Source: Octopus bimaculoides
Taxonomy: Eukaryota
NCBI RefSeq assembly: GCF_001194135.2
Contig: NC_068994.1
Coordinates: forward strand, 42,140,777 to 42,204,776
Direction of reading: 5' to 3'
Length of the DNA: 64,000 nucleotides
The translations under genes were made by a program, and so were the position numbers. This document shows, piece after piece, positions 28,604 to 41,989 of the stretch. Positions within the stretch are counted from its first letter, which is position 1; each line of letters opens with the position of its first letter. Under the pieces are notes generated by a model that saw only the letters and a program-made list of their open reading frames with translations, was not told the DNA's origin and did no database searches.

Positions 28604-29530
28604 GTAATTACATATTTATATTACTTGCGTTTATATATAATGATAATATGAAATTAAAAATGGATAAGAATATATAAAACAAGGCTATATAAATTATATT
28701 AACAAACAAACCCACACACATGCCCAAATAAACTTGCATATATTTATACATAGCAATGTAAACTATATAACAGACATATGTATGAATGTATATATATATA
28801 TACATATATGTATATACATTCACACACAGATACACACACATACATACACATATATATGCATGTATGTACATGCTTACACATGTGCATTTTGCCATTCTAT
28901 CTATAAGCAATCTTAGAGCAGCAGCTAGCCATTGTTAGCTGAATACATAGAAACATATGTGAATGTGTAACCATCTCTAGAATATCAATTGAAACACAAT
29001 CAGAAACAATCTAAATTAGCTTTTCCAAAAGCCAATTAAAATATAAACAAGTAGAAAACATGAGTTAGATTTGCTCTGCCAAATTTTCTGCAATTTTATA
29101 TCTCTAGATGAACGTGATATCCCCGAAAATCTACGACTGTATAAGCAAAGCTTTTACATTCCATTAACTTTTCCTAATCATTAAGCAGAAAAGAAAATTA
29201 AAATTTAAGACAACATTACATTGACTCATAAAAACAATCATTGCCTTCCTTCTAATCAAGTTTCTTCACTCACCACCATCACCACCATCACCATCATAAC
29301 CATCACCGTTGCTGCTGTTTCGAACACCGCACCACCGCTGTCAACACCACCACCACCACCACCTACCACAATTACCATTACTACATTTTACACAGCAAGA
29401 TCTATCAATCTATCTATTTGTTTATTTATGCGTGTAGTTATATCTCTATGCAAGTATCCGTGCATATATGCATATATATTTAGATGTATATATGTATATA
29501 GATATAAATATACATATAAAATAAATGTAT

Positions 29531-29584
<54 letters not shown>

Positions 29585-29734
29585 CCATACACACACACAT
29601 ATATGTGTATGTACGTTTCAACTCTTTCTGTTTTTGTCTTTATATCACCATTTTCCTTCTTCAAGTCACCATCTTCATATTCGATAACATGTCTTTCACA
29701 TGCTTCTCTCTCATACTCTATGGCAGAGTGTGTG

Positions 29735-29807
<73 letters not shown>

Positions 29808-29950
29808 GAGGGTATATGAATATATATGTATGTATGTATGTGTGTGCATATATATAAATATATATATAGATAGATAGATATGTATATATCTTCAATATAT
29901 ATATATATACTCTTTGGGTATATATATATATATATATCTATATATATATA

Positions 29951-29998
<48 letters not shown>

Positions 29999-30120
29999 CT
30001 TATATACTGGAACACATGCGTAGATAAAAATCAATTATTAACTAAACATACATGGATAATATATATGCATGTGTGTGTGTATCTATGTGTAAACACAAAT
30101 ATGCACACATTAAGTGTGTG
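26285..30120. repeat. Microsatellite-rich interval (TA, CA, GATA, ACC)
   Basis: Long (CA)n at about 28005-28067, (GATA)n at about 28555-28600, TA/TG blocks at 26630-26780 and 29390-30000. Confidence 0.9.
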
Positions 30121-30429
30121 TACTTAACTCCCTTTATTTCAATATTTTAACCACACAAACGCTCCATACATCTATGCACACACATAGATAATCGTGAAGG
30201 TATGCATATGGTAGACATAATTAACGTAACGCTTGTATATTTGTTCGCAGCCATCTGTCTACTCATGTTAATAGACAATGACTAAGGCTGAAACATGTTG
30301 GTCAGATAGGAGGAAGAAAGGTGGTGGTGGTGGGGGGGTTTACAACTGCATAAGTGGATGGTGGGGGAGAAGGGATTTCAATCCAATGCCAACAGTAAAA
30401 AAATAAACATGGTCATAAAGATATCAAGA

Positions 30430-31440
30430 AAGGCATTGAAAGGTTGCTGATGGCGATGATAATGATGATTAGCATGATGATGATAGCAATCGTGATGGTG
30501 GTGATGATGATGATGATGATGATGATGATGACAACGATGATGACGGCGATGATGATGGAAATGATGACTGTGATAATGGTAATGATGATGATGAGGAGGA
30601 TGATGATGGGAACCATGATCACAGCATCAATGACAATGATGTTGCTGCAGCTGATGATGACGATGATTACGACCATGATGATGATGACAACGACCATGAC
30701 GGTGATGATGGTGGAGTTGGCAATGATGATGGAAATGACGATCATGTTAATGGTAATGATGATGATGATGATGATAGGAGAGATGACAATGGTGATGATG
30801 CCAGTGATGATGATGGTCACAAAAATAATGATAATGGTGACTTCAATGCTGATGCTGATGGTGGTGGTGGTGGTTGTGGTGATAACGATGGCATCAGCTG
30901 TGGAAGTAACGATAATGGACAAAAGCAATGACGAGGAAGATGCTGGCAAGAAGAACGTTGTATTGTTGGTGATGCTGTTGTCATTAGTGTTGTTGTTGAT
31001 GGTGATGGTGGTGGCGGGGATGATAAAGAAGATGGTTGTTATGTTGGTGATTATTATAGTTCTTACCAATAGTAGTGGTAGATGTTTTAGTTATGGTGGT
31101 AATAACAATAGTAGCAACAGTGTTGTTTATTTTCTGGACAACCCTGATCAAGCGCTCTATACGATCAAGGGCAGTTTTTTTCAAGGGTACCCTGCATTAC
31201 AATATCCATTATATTGTTGCATGTTCATTAAGCTAGGGTTTGATATGCGAAAGACTTGGCTGTTATTTCTAGTATGGTAGTTACCCATGTTGAGTCTGCA
31301 TCTCATTAGTTATTGATTGTTACTGCTATTTTTGCAGTTGTTGATGTTATTGTTATTGTTATTGTTCTTAGTGGTATTGGTGGTGGTGGTGGTGGTGGAC
31401 AGTTGTGGTTTTGCTGTTGTTGGTGTTGCGGCAATTGTCA
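30430..31440. repeat. Degenerate trinucleotide tract (GAT/GGT/GTT)
   Basis: 3-periodic low complexity; explains ORFs 30444-31280 and 30413-31069. Confidence 0.92.
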
Positions 31441-31899
31441 TTGTTTAACTTGCAAGTCATTTCTGGTCAAGAATTCCTCTATTCAATGTATCCTTCCTTT
31501 TTAAAGATGATAAAATGTGCATTTGAGAAAAATTTGGCTACTATTTCTTGCCAGCACAGTGATCGCATATAGGTCCCTGTATTGACTATTTTGGAGCGTT
31601 AGTTGTTATTGGAGACAGTAGTCATGTTTGTGGTGCTGAGTTAAGCATAATACATTATTTTACGATAACTAAACAATTTTACACAAAACAAATGAATTTA
31701 CATAATGATTCCTAATTATGGCCGAAGGCCCACAATTTTGAGTAGGAAATGGTTAGTTGATTATATCAAGTTCTTGACTGGTGTCTTATTTTGTTGAGCC
31801 AAGAAATAATATCATAGCTAATTAGTGAGGGCAAAGTGAAGCAGTTTGTTCTGAATGATACTTCTAAGAGAGAAGTACTTTTGGGCTTGCTGTTTTAGT

Positions 31900-32076
31900 T
31901 TCTTGTTTCTTTATTGCCCACAAGGGGCTAAACATAGAGGGGACAAACAAGGACAGACAAAGGGATTAAGTCGATTACATCGACCCCAGTGCGTAAGTGG
32001 TACTTAATTTATCGACCCCGATAAATTTTTAAGCATTTTGCCCGGCATGCTAACGTTTCTGCCAGGTCGCCACCTT
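31900..32076 (-). mobile_element. SINE family B, internally deleted
   Basis: Colinear with 54844-55065 but lacks about 60 bp after ATCGACCCCG. Confidence 0.8.
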
Positions 32077-32121
32077 ATGTTTTAGTTTCTATAAGCTTGG
32101 AAGCCCGACAACTGTGTGGAA

Positions 32122-32445
32122 CAGTGGTTCTCAACCATATTTTATCAATGGAACTCTTTGTTTACTATTTTACTCTGATAGACATCCATAGCCTCTTGGT
32201 GTTTAGAAATTAGTTTTATAGATATTTCTTTCAAAATTCTCATTTTGTTTGTTGCACGTTCACTTGAGTAGGTTGAGCTATGTAAATAAAACATTAGAGA
32301 AAGAAACCTAGCTGTTTCTTGCAATAAATACATCTAAAGCAAAAATTTTTCATTGACCCTTGATATAACTACTGCATGTCCCAAATTTACCATTTTGCTT
32401 GTGTGGACCCCCAGGGGCCATATGAATCCTGGTTAAAAACCATTG
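32122..32445. mobile_element. hAT (Charlie-type) MITE
   Basis: Ends CAGTGGTTCTCAACC ... GGTTAAAAACCATTG form an imperfect TIR. The 8-bp TSD is not preserved. A related partial copy starts near 36153. Confidence 0.65.
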
Positions 32446-32589
32446 GCCTAGAAGGATAAACGCAAAGTTGATCTTGATATGATTCGAAACCAAAATGTAA
32501 AAATCTGAAAGAAATACGAAATGGCATTGTGTCTGATGTTCAACTGGTTCTACCAAACCACCATTGTGAATACAAGGAATACAAATTAT

Positions 32590-32800
32590 CCCTACTATAG
32601 GCACAAAGCCTGAAATTTGGGGGAGGAGCAAGTCAATTACATCGACTCCAGTGCATAACTGGTACTTATTTAATCAATGCTCCTGAAAGGATAAAAACAA
32701 AGTCGACCTCGGCGAAATTTGAACTCAGGACATAAGGACAGATGAAATGCTGTTAAATATTTCTCCCAGTGTGCTAATGATTTTGCCAGCTCACTGCCTT
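32590..32800 (-). mobile_element. SINE family B
   Basis: Colinear with 8748-8966. Confidence 0.8.
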
Positions 32801-33099
32801 ATGGAGTACAAATAATGACAACTTACTCACAGGGATGTGAGAAGCTGTCACCGAGTGAGGTCTGATTTCTTTAGGATGTAATTTAAATTGTTTTATATTC
32901 CCTGTATTAATTACAAACCGTTCAACCATTTAATTATAAATTTTTGAGCATGATGGCATTCTGTTTCTTGACTTTGTCTTATACCATTTATGTAGGTACA
33001 GCTTTATGCTTGCAGTGGTATGTAGAAAATAAAAGAGAACTTTGATATATAATTTATTGTTATCTTATATATGCTCATTTTCTGCAACTTCGTTTAGAA

Positions 33100-34320
33100 T
33101 ACACTGCCCAGAATGTAGCATTGCAAGATTATATTTATCGGGAATACTGAGAGATAAAGTATGTGTAATGAGATGATTATCATAAAATATTCATTTTAAG
33201 ACAACTAAAATTTCTACTGAAGGAAAATGGAAAACTAATAATACAGTCATTAGTTACAAAAGTAGTAACTTATAAATAGTTGCTAGTAAATAATAATAAA
33301 ACATGAACAAGACAAGAAAAAAATACAAACTGTATTTTTGTCATGAAGGAAGCCAGTAAATATGAAACAAAGACTTAAATGACAGACATTTATGAGGATC
33401 AAAGAGAAATGATAACAGAAATTGCGATAAAGTTAAAAAGTAAGCTAAAAAAAAAAAAGGATTTCTGAATGCCCTGCCAAAGCAAAAGCATGGAACATTA
33501 CTAAAGCTTCTGTACCAAGAGGGAAATAGATGAAGAAAAATTGTAGTGTCAGCTGAATAACACAGAATTCACGGCTAAGACTGAAGGGTTCTTCATTACA
33601 GCACTGAATGAAAGTGTTGCTGCCAGGAATAACGAGAAGGATATAATGAAGCAACATACATGTTGAGTAGGTACAGAATATATGGTGATGTAGAAGAAAC
33701 AATTATCTTCATTGTCTCTGGAGCTAACTCTTAACCAAGAAATAATACAGTAACAGCAGTGACAGAAATGGGGTTTAAATACAATGAAAGTTATACCAGA
33801 TGCATGAAATACTAACAGAAAAGAGGAGGCGTTAGCATATACAAGAATCTTAGAGAATGACAAAGTGGGCATACTTGGAAATATGTCAATCTCCACACAA
33901 ACAGGGAAATCAAGGCCAATCACCAAGATATTGTTGTCAAAGATCAGCAGAAAGAGAATTCTCTCTTAATATATCAGTTCCCAAAGATGACAAGGTATTT
34001 TTAAATAAAATGGAGAAATTTTAATATATAAAGATCTGGAAAAAGAAGTAACTGGAATATAGAAACTGAAGACAAAAACAGTGTCCTGAAATAATTAAAG
34101 GACTTGAATGCAAATGCAGGACCTTGGGATTTTAAGGAAACATAGCATATAGAAAAGAGAATTAATAAGAACTGAACACATACCCTGTAAAAAACTTTCA
34201 TTATAGTAAAAATTACAGAACTAAAATTGAACCAAACTAAACACTATATGTACCCAAGGCACATAGAACTGTGCTTGCAAGTAAAAGAATGCAATTAAAA
34301 GTGTTGTACTGAAGCCTAAT
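33100..34320 (+). mobile_element. R4/Dong-like non-LTR retrotransposon fragment 1 (post-RT, zinc knuckle, REL)
   Basis: Degenerate motifs IARLYLS, KTEGFF, YRIYGDVEETIIFIVSGA (CCHC knuckle remnant), RILENDKVGILGNMSI, REIKANHQDIVVKD (cf. LENDKVKILWDF..QTD..I.ANRPDIV). Confidence 0.8.
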
Positions 34321-34596
34321 AACAATAATAGTGAATTCTGATTAAGGTGCAAGACTAGCAATTATTTATTTGCCATTTAGACATGAGGCCAGCAATTTTG
34401 AGGGAAGGCATTACTGGAATCGATTCCATCGATTCCAGTATACTTTATTTCATCAATGCTCAAGAGATGAAAGACAGAGTTGAACTCAGATTATAAAGAG
34501 AGGAAATAAATGCCAAAATACATATTTCTAATGCATTAATGATTCAACTACTCTACCACCCTAACAATAACAATAATGATGATCACTATGATGCTG

Positions 34597-34663
<67 letters not shown>

Positions 34664-34749
34664 CAGCAGCAGTAGCAGTAGTAGTAGTAGTAGTCATACA
34701 TGACCAATTCAAGCAATAAGCCAAAGATGTAAAAAAAAAACAAATTCAA

Positions 34750-35590
34750 AATTCAAAATAAATGGAAGTGGAGAGACAAGTTACTGAAGGAAGAGATTGC
34801 AAGAGTGCAATGAAATAATTTAACAAAAAACTATATAAATTAATAAAGGACTGAACCAGTGCGTGTGTTTATTACCGGCATAATGCCTCTCTCAAGGTTT
34901 AATTGTAAAAAAAAGCTAGAAACCTAAAACAAGAGATTGAAGCACTAAGTATAGCCATTCATGAACAAGCTATTGGGATAAATCTGATAAAATCTCAGAC
35001 AGAAACTGTAGAATCTGCAGTAAAATGAAAGTATCAATCATTTCTTGAGTGAGTGCAGTGAGTTAGCATGTAAAGAGTATAAGTGTAGACATGACAATGT
35101 AGATAAACGAGTACATTAGAATGTGAGCAGAGTGTGTGCCCTTGAAATAACAGGAAAGTGGCATGAACATGAACCAGAGACTGTGACAGAGAATGAGAAT
35201 TATATAATCTTAGGGGCCTTCCCCATACTATTGAAGAAAGAAAACCAGATATGATAATAGAGAGCAGAATAAAGTATAAGATCATAGACTTTGTAACTTT
35301 CTTTGATAACAAAGAAGAAACCGAAGAAATTTTTAAAATTGAGAAATACCAGGTTCTAATCAGAGAGCTGAAGAGCCTGTGGACAGCAATTATTCATGTG
35401 GTAATCGATACCAAAATGCTACCAAAGGGAGTGAAAGATAGTGGACTTGAGACTTGCATTGTTGACCTGCAGAAAAGTACAAACCTATATTCTGCAAGAA
35501 TCTTAATGTTCTTGAGATTTGAGGAGGGTTGTTGTCACCAAACCTCAAGATAACATTCCTGCTAATTAAATTAGCAAGTTCTAGCTTAAT
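34750..35590 (+). mobile_element. R4/Dong-like fragment 2 (zinc knuckle, REL, 3' end)
   Basis: CRICSK, INHFLSECSELACKEYKCRHDNV, KWHEHEPETVTENENY; ORF 35251-35553 KIIDFV...KIEKYQVLIRELKSLW...LQKSTNLYSARIL matches the R4-clade C-terminus. Confidence 0.88.
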
Positions 35591-35739
35591 AACAATAATA
35601 ATAACTATAATAATAACAATAATAACAACAACAACAAAAGTAACAATAGTAACAGCAACAAACATAACAATGATATTAATCTTTCTGCTACAGGCACACT
35701 ATAGTAATAGTAACAATAATAAAGATAATTCAAGAAGCT

Positions 35740-36150
35740 ACTAAAAAGCTGTACATGAATTCCTTTGTGGTGTCAAAAATGGTGTAGACATAGACAAATG
35801 AGCTGAATTTACTCTCAGAAGAAACAATGTTTTAAAACTGTGAACATTAAATTTGATTAAGACACTGATATCATGATATTAGAAAGAACTACCTATACAA
35901 GTATTTAGCTGTTGATAAAACTGATATAAAACACAGAAAGGGAAAATAAAAATTAGCAAAAATGTACTATAGAAGAGATAGACATCTATTAAAACCAAAC
36001 TCATTATCAGAAATAAGATAATAGACATAAGTACTCAAGTCATCGCAGTCATAAGCTGCAGCATCAAAACAATAGATTGATGGTTTGGTGAATTGAGCTA
36101 GGATAGGAAAATTAAATAACTCTTAACTGCATCATGAAGTCACCATCTAA
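35740..36150 (+). mobile_element. R4/Dong-like fragment 3 (RT C-terminal/thumb)
   Basis: IDK*A (cf. GLDKCA), YKYLAVDKTDIKH, YYRR, RNKIIDISTQVIAVISCS...DRKIK*LLT (cf. NKI.AINT.A.PV..YSF...DRKTRKLLT). Confidence 0.7.
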
Positions 36151-37611
36151 AGCAGCAGTTCTCAACTAGAATTGAGTGAGGTCCATATAAGATTTTGTTG
36201 TTAAAACTTATCTGCAATAAATTTCAGATACTTCTGTAATACGCAAAATATTTTGATGATATTTTTTTTATACAGTTCCTTATCATATTCAGTTATAAAA
36301 ATATAATGACCAACCCATGTCAGCATGGAAGGTGGATTTTAAATGATGATGATGATGACAACAACGACGGTGAAGATGATGGTGGTGATGATGATGATGA
36401 TGATGATGATGAATGATATTTTAAACATCGAATGGCTAGGAGGATCTATCTGAGTGAAATAGGTGAAAAATGGTGAAGAAACCATTTTGATTCTAAAGCT
36501 GATATGAACGAATAAAATATACATGCCCTGTATACAAGGAGCAACCAGTTTAATACAAACATAAGAACCATTACAGTGTAATAAAAGTCAGGCTAGAAAT
36601 ATTTTTAGAAGTTAGCAAAGGGAAAATGATTAGCTTAAGAATGGGACAGGAAGAACATAACATATGCTATATGTATGTGTGTGTATGTTTGTCCCTTTGT
36701 CTTGACAAGACTCGACAGTTGAAAATGAGAGTCAGTGTCATACAAGCAGTGCCATTTATTTCAAGTACTCAGTGAAATCATGTTTTACTATGAGAAGGAA
36801 ATGCCACCTTGCTTGGGAACAATTAAAGGTCAGTGACAGGAAGAGCATCTGTCTATAGAAGATCTGCCACAAATATACTTTATCCAAACCCATGCAAGTA
36901 TGGAGAACATTAAAATTATGTTGATATTCAAAAATAGTTGTTAAATGACGAAGATGATGATGATGATGAAAAATGTATATGCTTTAAGTTTTCTAATGAG
37001 CATATTCAATTACTTGTATTTATTAGTTAATGCTTCAGATGACTCAAATGTGTCCATAGTCAAAACTGCTATCGTAAAAATGTATCACATCATATACTTT
37101 ATTTTTTTAAATTTGGTATTTATTCTATTGGCGTCTTTTCTTGATCGTTAAGTTATGGGGACATAAACAAATCAATAATAGATATCAAGCAGAGGGATGG
37201 GGATAAACATAAACAAAAAGACATACACATATACATATGCTCAAAATTTTGATGAGCTGAATAACAGCACAAACCGGTCAGTTAAATATGATTTTTTCGT
37301 TTAATACGAAACCTCTACTACAACACACTTACAAAAATATAGACACCAAAACTTATTCCACACAAAAGACTTCTTTGCCATCTTCCCTTTTACTCATGTC
37401 ATGTATGCCAAACTTACCTTGGAAATACATACATCAATATATTTTCAATAAGCAATAATATGAAAACATTTGCTATGTATAAACATATTTCTATATTTTT
37501 ATTTTCATATATTTATTTACAAAGAATGAAAGTATTTACTTCTTATGTTACAAAAATTAATCAAGTTTAATTGAAATAAATAATATCTATCTATCTATCT
37601 AGCTATGTATA

Positions 37612-37669
<58 letters not shown>

Positions 37670-37691
37670 CATATATATATATATGTATGTA

Positions 37692-38843
37692 CTAGCTGAA
37701 TAGCCTGTCGTTGCCACACAATTTTTTTTACAATAGAATGTCTTATATAAAGTTTTGTTTATTCCATGTCAGAACATGCCTTCTCCAACAGATAGGCCTC
37801 TTGATCAGGACATATTTGTGCAATTTTTCGCAAAAAGCTCCGTTTAGGATTTTTTTCCTTTTTAAATTATTTACATGTCTGTTTGACAGTTTCACATGAC
37901 TTTATTCATTAAGAGTTATTAAAACTTCAGTTGTTACAATTTTGGCCATCATAATAATGCTTTGCTTTTTGTTTAATAAAAATTCCTCCTCAGATTGATT
38001 TTGCTTTCATTTTCAGCTATCATGAAGAAAATGGCAGCTTCCAAATACTGTTTTCTGATGAGGTAAAAATTGATTAAACTTTTAAATCTCAGTAACATTT
38101 TTCTGCAATTTTTTCTGGAACAAATAAATAACAAAATCGGATTTAACATGGAAAATTATTTCAATATACCAAATTTGAAAATTTTGACGTAATTTTAAAA
38201 TTTCACAGTATAGAACAGCACCAGGGAAGACCCTACAAAAGTAGAGAAACAGACAGCTATAGGACGTTTCACACACACACACACATTTAAAAATGTACAT
38301 GCAGGCAGTAACGAGTTGAAAATGGTGTATAGTAGACATATATATATGTATATATGTGTATATATGTATGTGTGTAGAAAAGCCACCTACCCCTCTCTCC
38401 TTAAAACTACTTATTCCTCACACCCACCTTTCTCTCCCTTCATTGGCATTTTAAAAGTTAGTTGTGTGTCAGTGTGTATGTGTGTGTCTATGCATGTATC
38501 TATGTATTTACAAAGGTATGTATACAGCATCATGTGCATATGACAGCTGTATTAACGTTACTATCCGATTGCCACTCCCTATTTGTTGCTTACAGAATGC
38601 TGTACTCTTCTTCCCTGATATCAATCACACTCACTCTGCTACTACATTTCCCTCAGACTAATACTTTTTGCACCCTTCTCGTTTTATCATATAATTTGCC
38701 CAATTTCCCTAAGGGACACGTTATAGATTTTTATTGAACTGAATGTTAGTGTAACATGTATGCAAAGTTTGGTGAATATTGTTTCACTCACCTAGGCAGT
38801 GAAATGTTAACAGATAGACAAAAATTGCCATTTATATATAAGA
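37692..38843 (-). mobile_element. Non-autonomous Helitron
   Basis: The minus strand begins A|TCTTATATATAAATGG and ends GGCAACGACAGGCTATTCAGCTAG|T. This gives canonical TC...CTAG termini, an AT target, no TSD and a decayed subterminal hairpin. Confidence 0.75.
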
Positions 38844-38939
38844 TTTATATGTATATGTGTGTGTATGAAGGGATAAAAATTTAATGTATTTTCAACCTTT
38901 TTTTGGTATCTTACACACACACACACACACACATATAAA

Positions 38940-39105
38940 TATACAACAGGCTTTGACACAGTTTTCCTGAACCAAATTCACTCACATGACATTGGTTGAC
39001 CGAGGGTTATAGCAGAAGACGATTAAAGCATTTGACAGTGAGACTGAACCTGAAACCATGTCATTACAAAACGAGCTTCTTAATCACACAACCATGCCAG
39101 CACCT
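38940..39105 (-). mobile_element. SINE family A head, diverged
   Basis: Reverse complement of the head. Similar partial heads lie at about 28110-28255, 55210-55290 and 62565-62665, and tails at about 27572-27610, 50510-50690 and 54563-54612. Confidence 0.65.
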
Positions 39106-39774
39106 ATCATCTGAATAATCCAAGATCTTCTTCCTAAAGTTTCTCTGTGGTCCAAATGTTTGTTGAACATTTGAAATATAGCTTCACTCTAATGGGCAAC
39201 CATTATACATTGCATATTATGGGGTGCTTTTACACATAACACATAATGAGATACCTTTACACATTGTTTGTTTCTATTTCATGCTCTTCCAATGCAATAG
39301 CTTCTGTCTTATATACATTATTTGGAATTGAAATTTCACACTCTTAATACATTAAATTCGGTCATGTTCACTTCCAAAGATCTTTGACTTCCTCATATAT
39401 CAAGCTTTTGTTAGTAGCTTCTAGATTAATTCTAAAATGGTGATTAAGTTTTCTCTAGTGTTGTCAGTAGCGAGCAAGGCAGAAATCCTTTATTGTTAAG
39501 TGTTACTGTGTGTGCATAACATTAGAGCCTGTTTATATGCCTCTATTACACACCTATCACAGGATCATACTTTACACAAATTTATGGCAGTTAAAAATAA
39601 AACAAACATGGCCATACACTTCATCAGCTCTGTTTGAGTTGATTGATGGTAAAAGGCATTTCATCTATGACTATCCCTTCTTTTTCTAGCTTTGTGTATC
39701 TTGGACTACGTTTTCCAATGTGTTCCCTTATTCAACATTTTAACATTCAAATTATTGTGTCAAATGTGATGTAT

Positions 39775-40190
39775 AGGCGTAGGAGTGGCTGTGTGGTAAG
39801 TAGCTTGCTTACCAACCACATGGTTCTGGGTTCAGTCTCACTCCGTGGCACCTTGGGCAAGTGTCTTCTACTATAGCCTTGGGCCGACCAAAGCCTTGTG
39901 AGTGGATTTGGTAGATGGAAACTGAAAGAAGCCCATCGTATATATGTATATATATATGTGTGTGTGTGTGTGTATGTTTGTGTGTCTGTGTTTGTTCCCC
40001 CAACATTGCTTGATAACCGATGCCGGTGTGTTTACGTCCCAGTAACTTAGCGGTTTGGCAAAAGAGACCGATAGAATAAGTACTAGGCTTACAAAGAATA
40101 AGTCCCGGGGTCGATTTGCTATACTAAAGGCGGTGCTCCAGCATGGCCGCAGTCAAATGACTGAAACAAGTAAAAGAGTAAAAGAGTAAA
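39775..40190 (+). mobile_element. SINE family A, full length, low divergence
   Basis: Very similar to 11888-12296; the tail ends in (GTAAAAGA)n. Confidence 0.9.
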
Positions 40191-40784
40191 TTGTCTTGAA
40201 TCAACTATGCATTATTTCATAGCTTCAAGATTTCAATGATAGGATTGTTATTTTTCCGAATGACAATGTAGGGTGGGTGTAAGGAGCTGGATCTGGTTAG
40301 TTTGATCGTAAAACAGGTAATGTATTTGGGTTGGGTATGGCTGGTTTAAATGCAAGAAGGTTAAAGACAGTAGGGTGTGATTTGAAGTATTTTCGATTAT
40401 TATTTCTCTTGAATGATTTTATAGAGGCTCTCTCTTCGGCTCATGATTATACACATATTGTTATTGTTGCTTGAGCAGAACAATTCTATTAAAATGGTTT
40501 CAGGCAACCCATTAATTAAACACTCGAATATTATTCAGTTTACACTTATTGCTCTGCCATGTTGTCAATCAAGTCAGCATTTCTACTTTTCAATAACCTC
40601 ATCCACTTTACATCACTTTTTCAATGTAGACGGATCTGAAAATATATTAAAGACACTCATTCTCTCCAGATAAATTTCCATTTTAGTTTCAGTGTTTATA
40701 TCAATGCATTGAGATGTTGTAAAATAAGTACAAGTAATAATAATAATAATAATAAAGCAAAAAAAAAAAAAAATAATAGTAATA

Positions 40785-41000
40785 ATCCTTTCTACTATAG
40801 GCACAAGGCCTGAAATTTTTGGGTAGGGAGCCAGTCGATTAGATTGACCTCAGTGCACAACTGGTACTTAATTTATCGACCTCAAGAGGATGAAAGGCAA
40901 AGTCAACCTCAGTAAAATTTGAACTTAGAAAGTAATGACTGACAAAATACCACTAAGCATTTCACCCGGCATGCTAACGATTCTGCCAGCTTGATGCCTT
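40785..41000 (-). mobile_element. SINE family B
   Basis: Colinear with 8748-8966; flanked by (AAT)n on both sides. Confidence 0.82.
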
Positions 41001-41169
41001 TATATAATAATAATAATAATAATAGTAATAATAATAATAATAGTAATAATAATAATAATAGTAATAATAATAATAATTGTTCTTGCGATGCGTGAGTAAA
41101 TATAAACATTTTCTTCCTAATCATAGAACCATGCAAGAAAATACAAAAGGAGCATTTAACTGACCACTG

Positions 41170-41345
41170 AACTTGTTACAAATAGCAGCTAAATCTCCCT
41201 TAAATCGCACCCTACCATTTTAAATAAGTACGGATATATTGGACTACGTAGTCCTAGATGTGTGTACAGATTGGATAGCTATGGCTAGAAGACCTTTGTT
41301 CATACTACTGATCAATCAGAAATGACCTGAGGCTAAATAACCACG
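41170..41345 (+). repeat. Unclassified dispersed repeat of about 200 bp
   Basis: AAATAGCAGC.AAATCTCCC..AAATC.CACCCTAC motif. Related segments at about 24900-25095 (minus), 10490-10560, 39690-39730 (minus) and 54690-54790. Confidence 0.5.
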
Positions 41346-41989
41346 ACAACAACAACAAGAATGATGTCTGGAATGCAAACTGCCAACTACTGATCAGTTA
41401 AGACTTTTACAAATCAGCTACTCGGCATACAACAAAGGGGTCCTCTTTCTCTCCTTCGGAATTAAAATTTTGTTTGAGGTGATGTGTGTCATACTTCAGA
41501 AACTGAATGCAAAATCTGATACAAGCAATAGTAACTCTGTCCTTTAAGACCGACCCGACCTGTCTCAAGCAAATATTTATGGTTTTTTCTCCCTTTTTAA
41601 TGAACTATCTGATAAAGTAACCATCAACAGCAAGATGAACATCAAAACCAGATACAATGAAGTAAATTAATAGCAGAAAACCTTTTACTGGGGATCAAGT
41701 GAATATGTCAACATTGGTTTTATAGCGTCGAATATTTCATTATCTCCGCTACGGGCTAAATGATCTGATCTGTTATATATTAATATTGAAAAGTAATCAA
41801 TATTTTAGAAATGCACTTTACTGAAGTACTTCCCCCTGTAGATAGATAATAGAATTCTAGAGATATTTATCAAGTTTTCATAGTGATGCTAAAGTTTTCG
41901 ACATACTCATCTGTGATGAGTTAATTACATTCTGTGTACCTTCGTTTAAAGTAGGGGGTGGATTTTCTCTAAATCAATTGATTTATTTT

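Noticed and set aside
39100-39640. Purine-skewed minus-strand stretch that looked like decayed TE coding sequence
   Set aside because: I could not match any diagnostic motif by eye; it needs tblastx.
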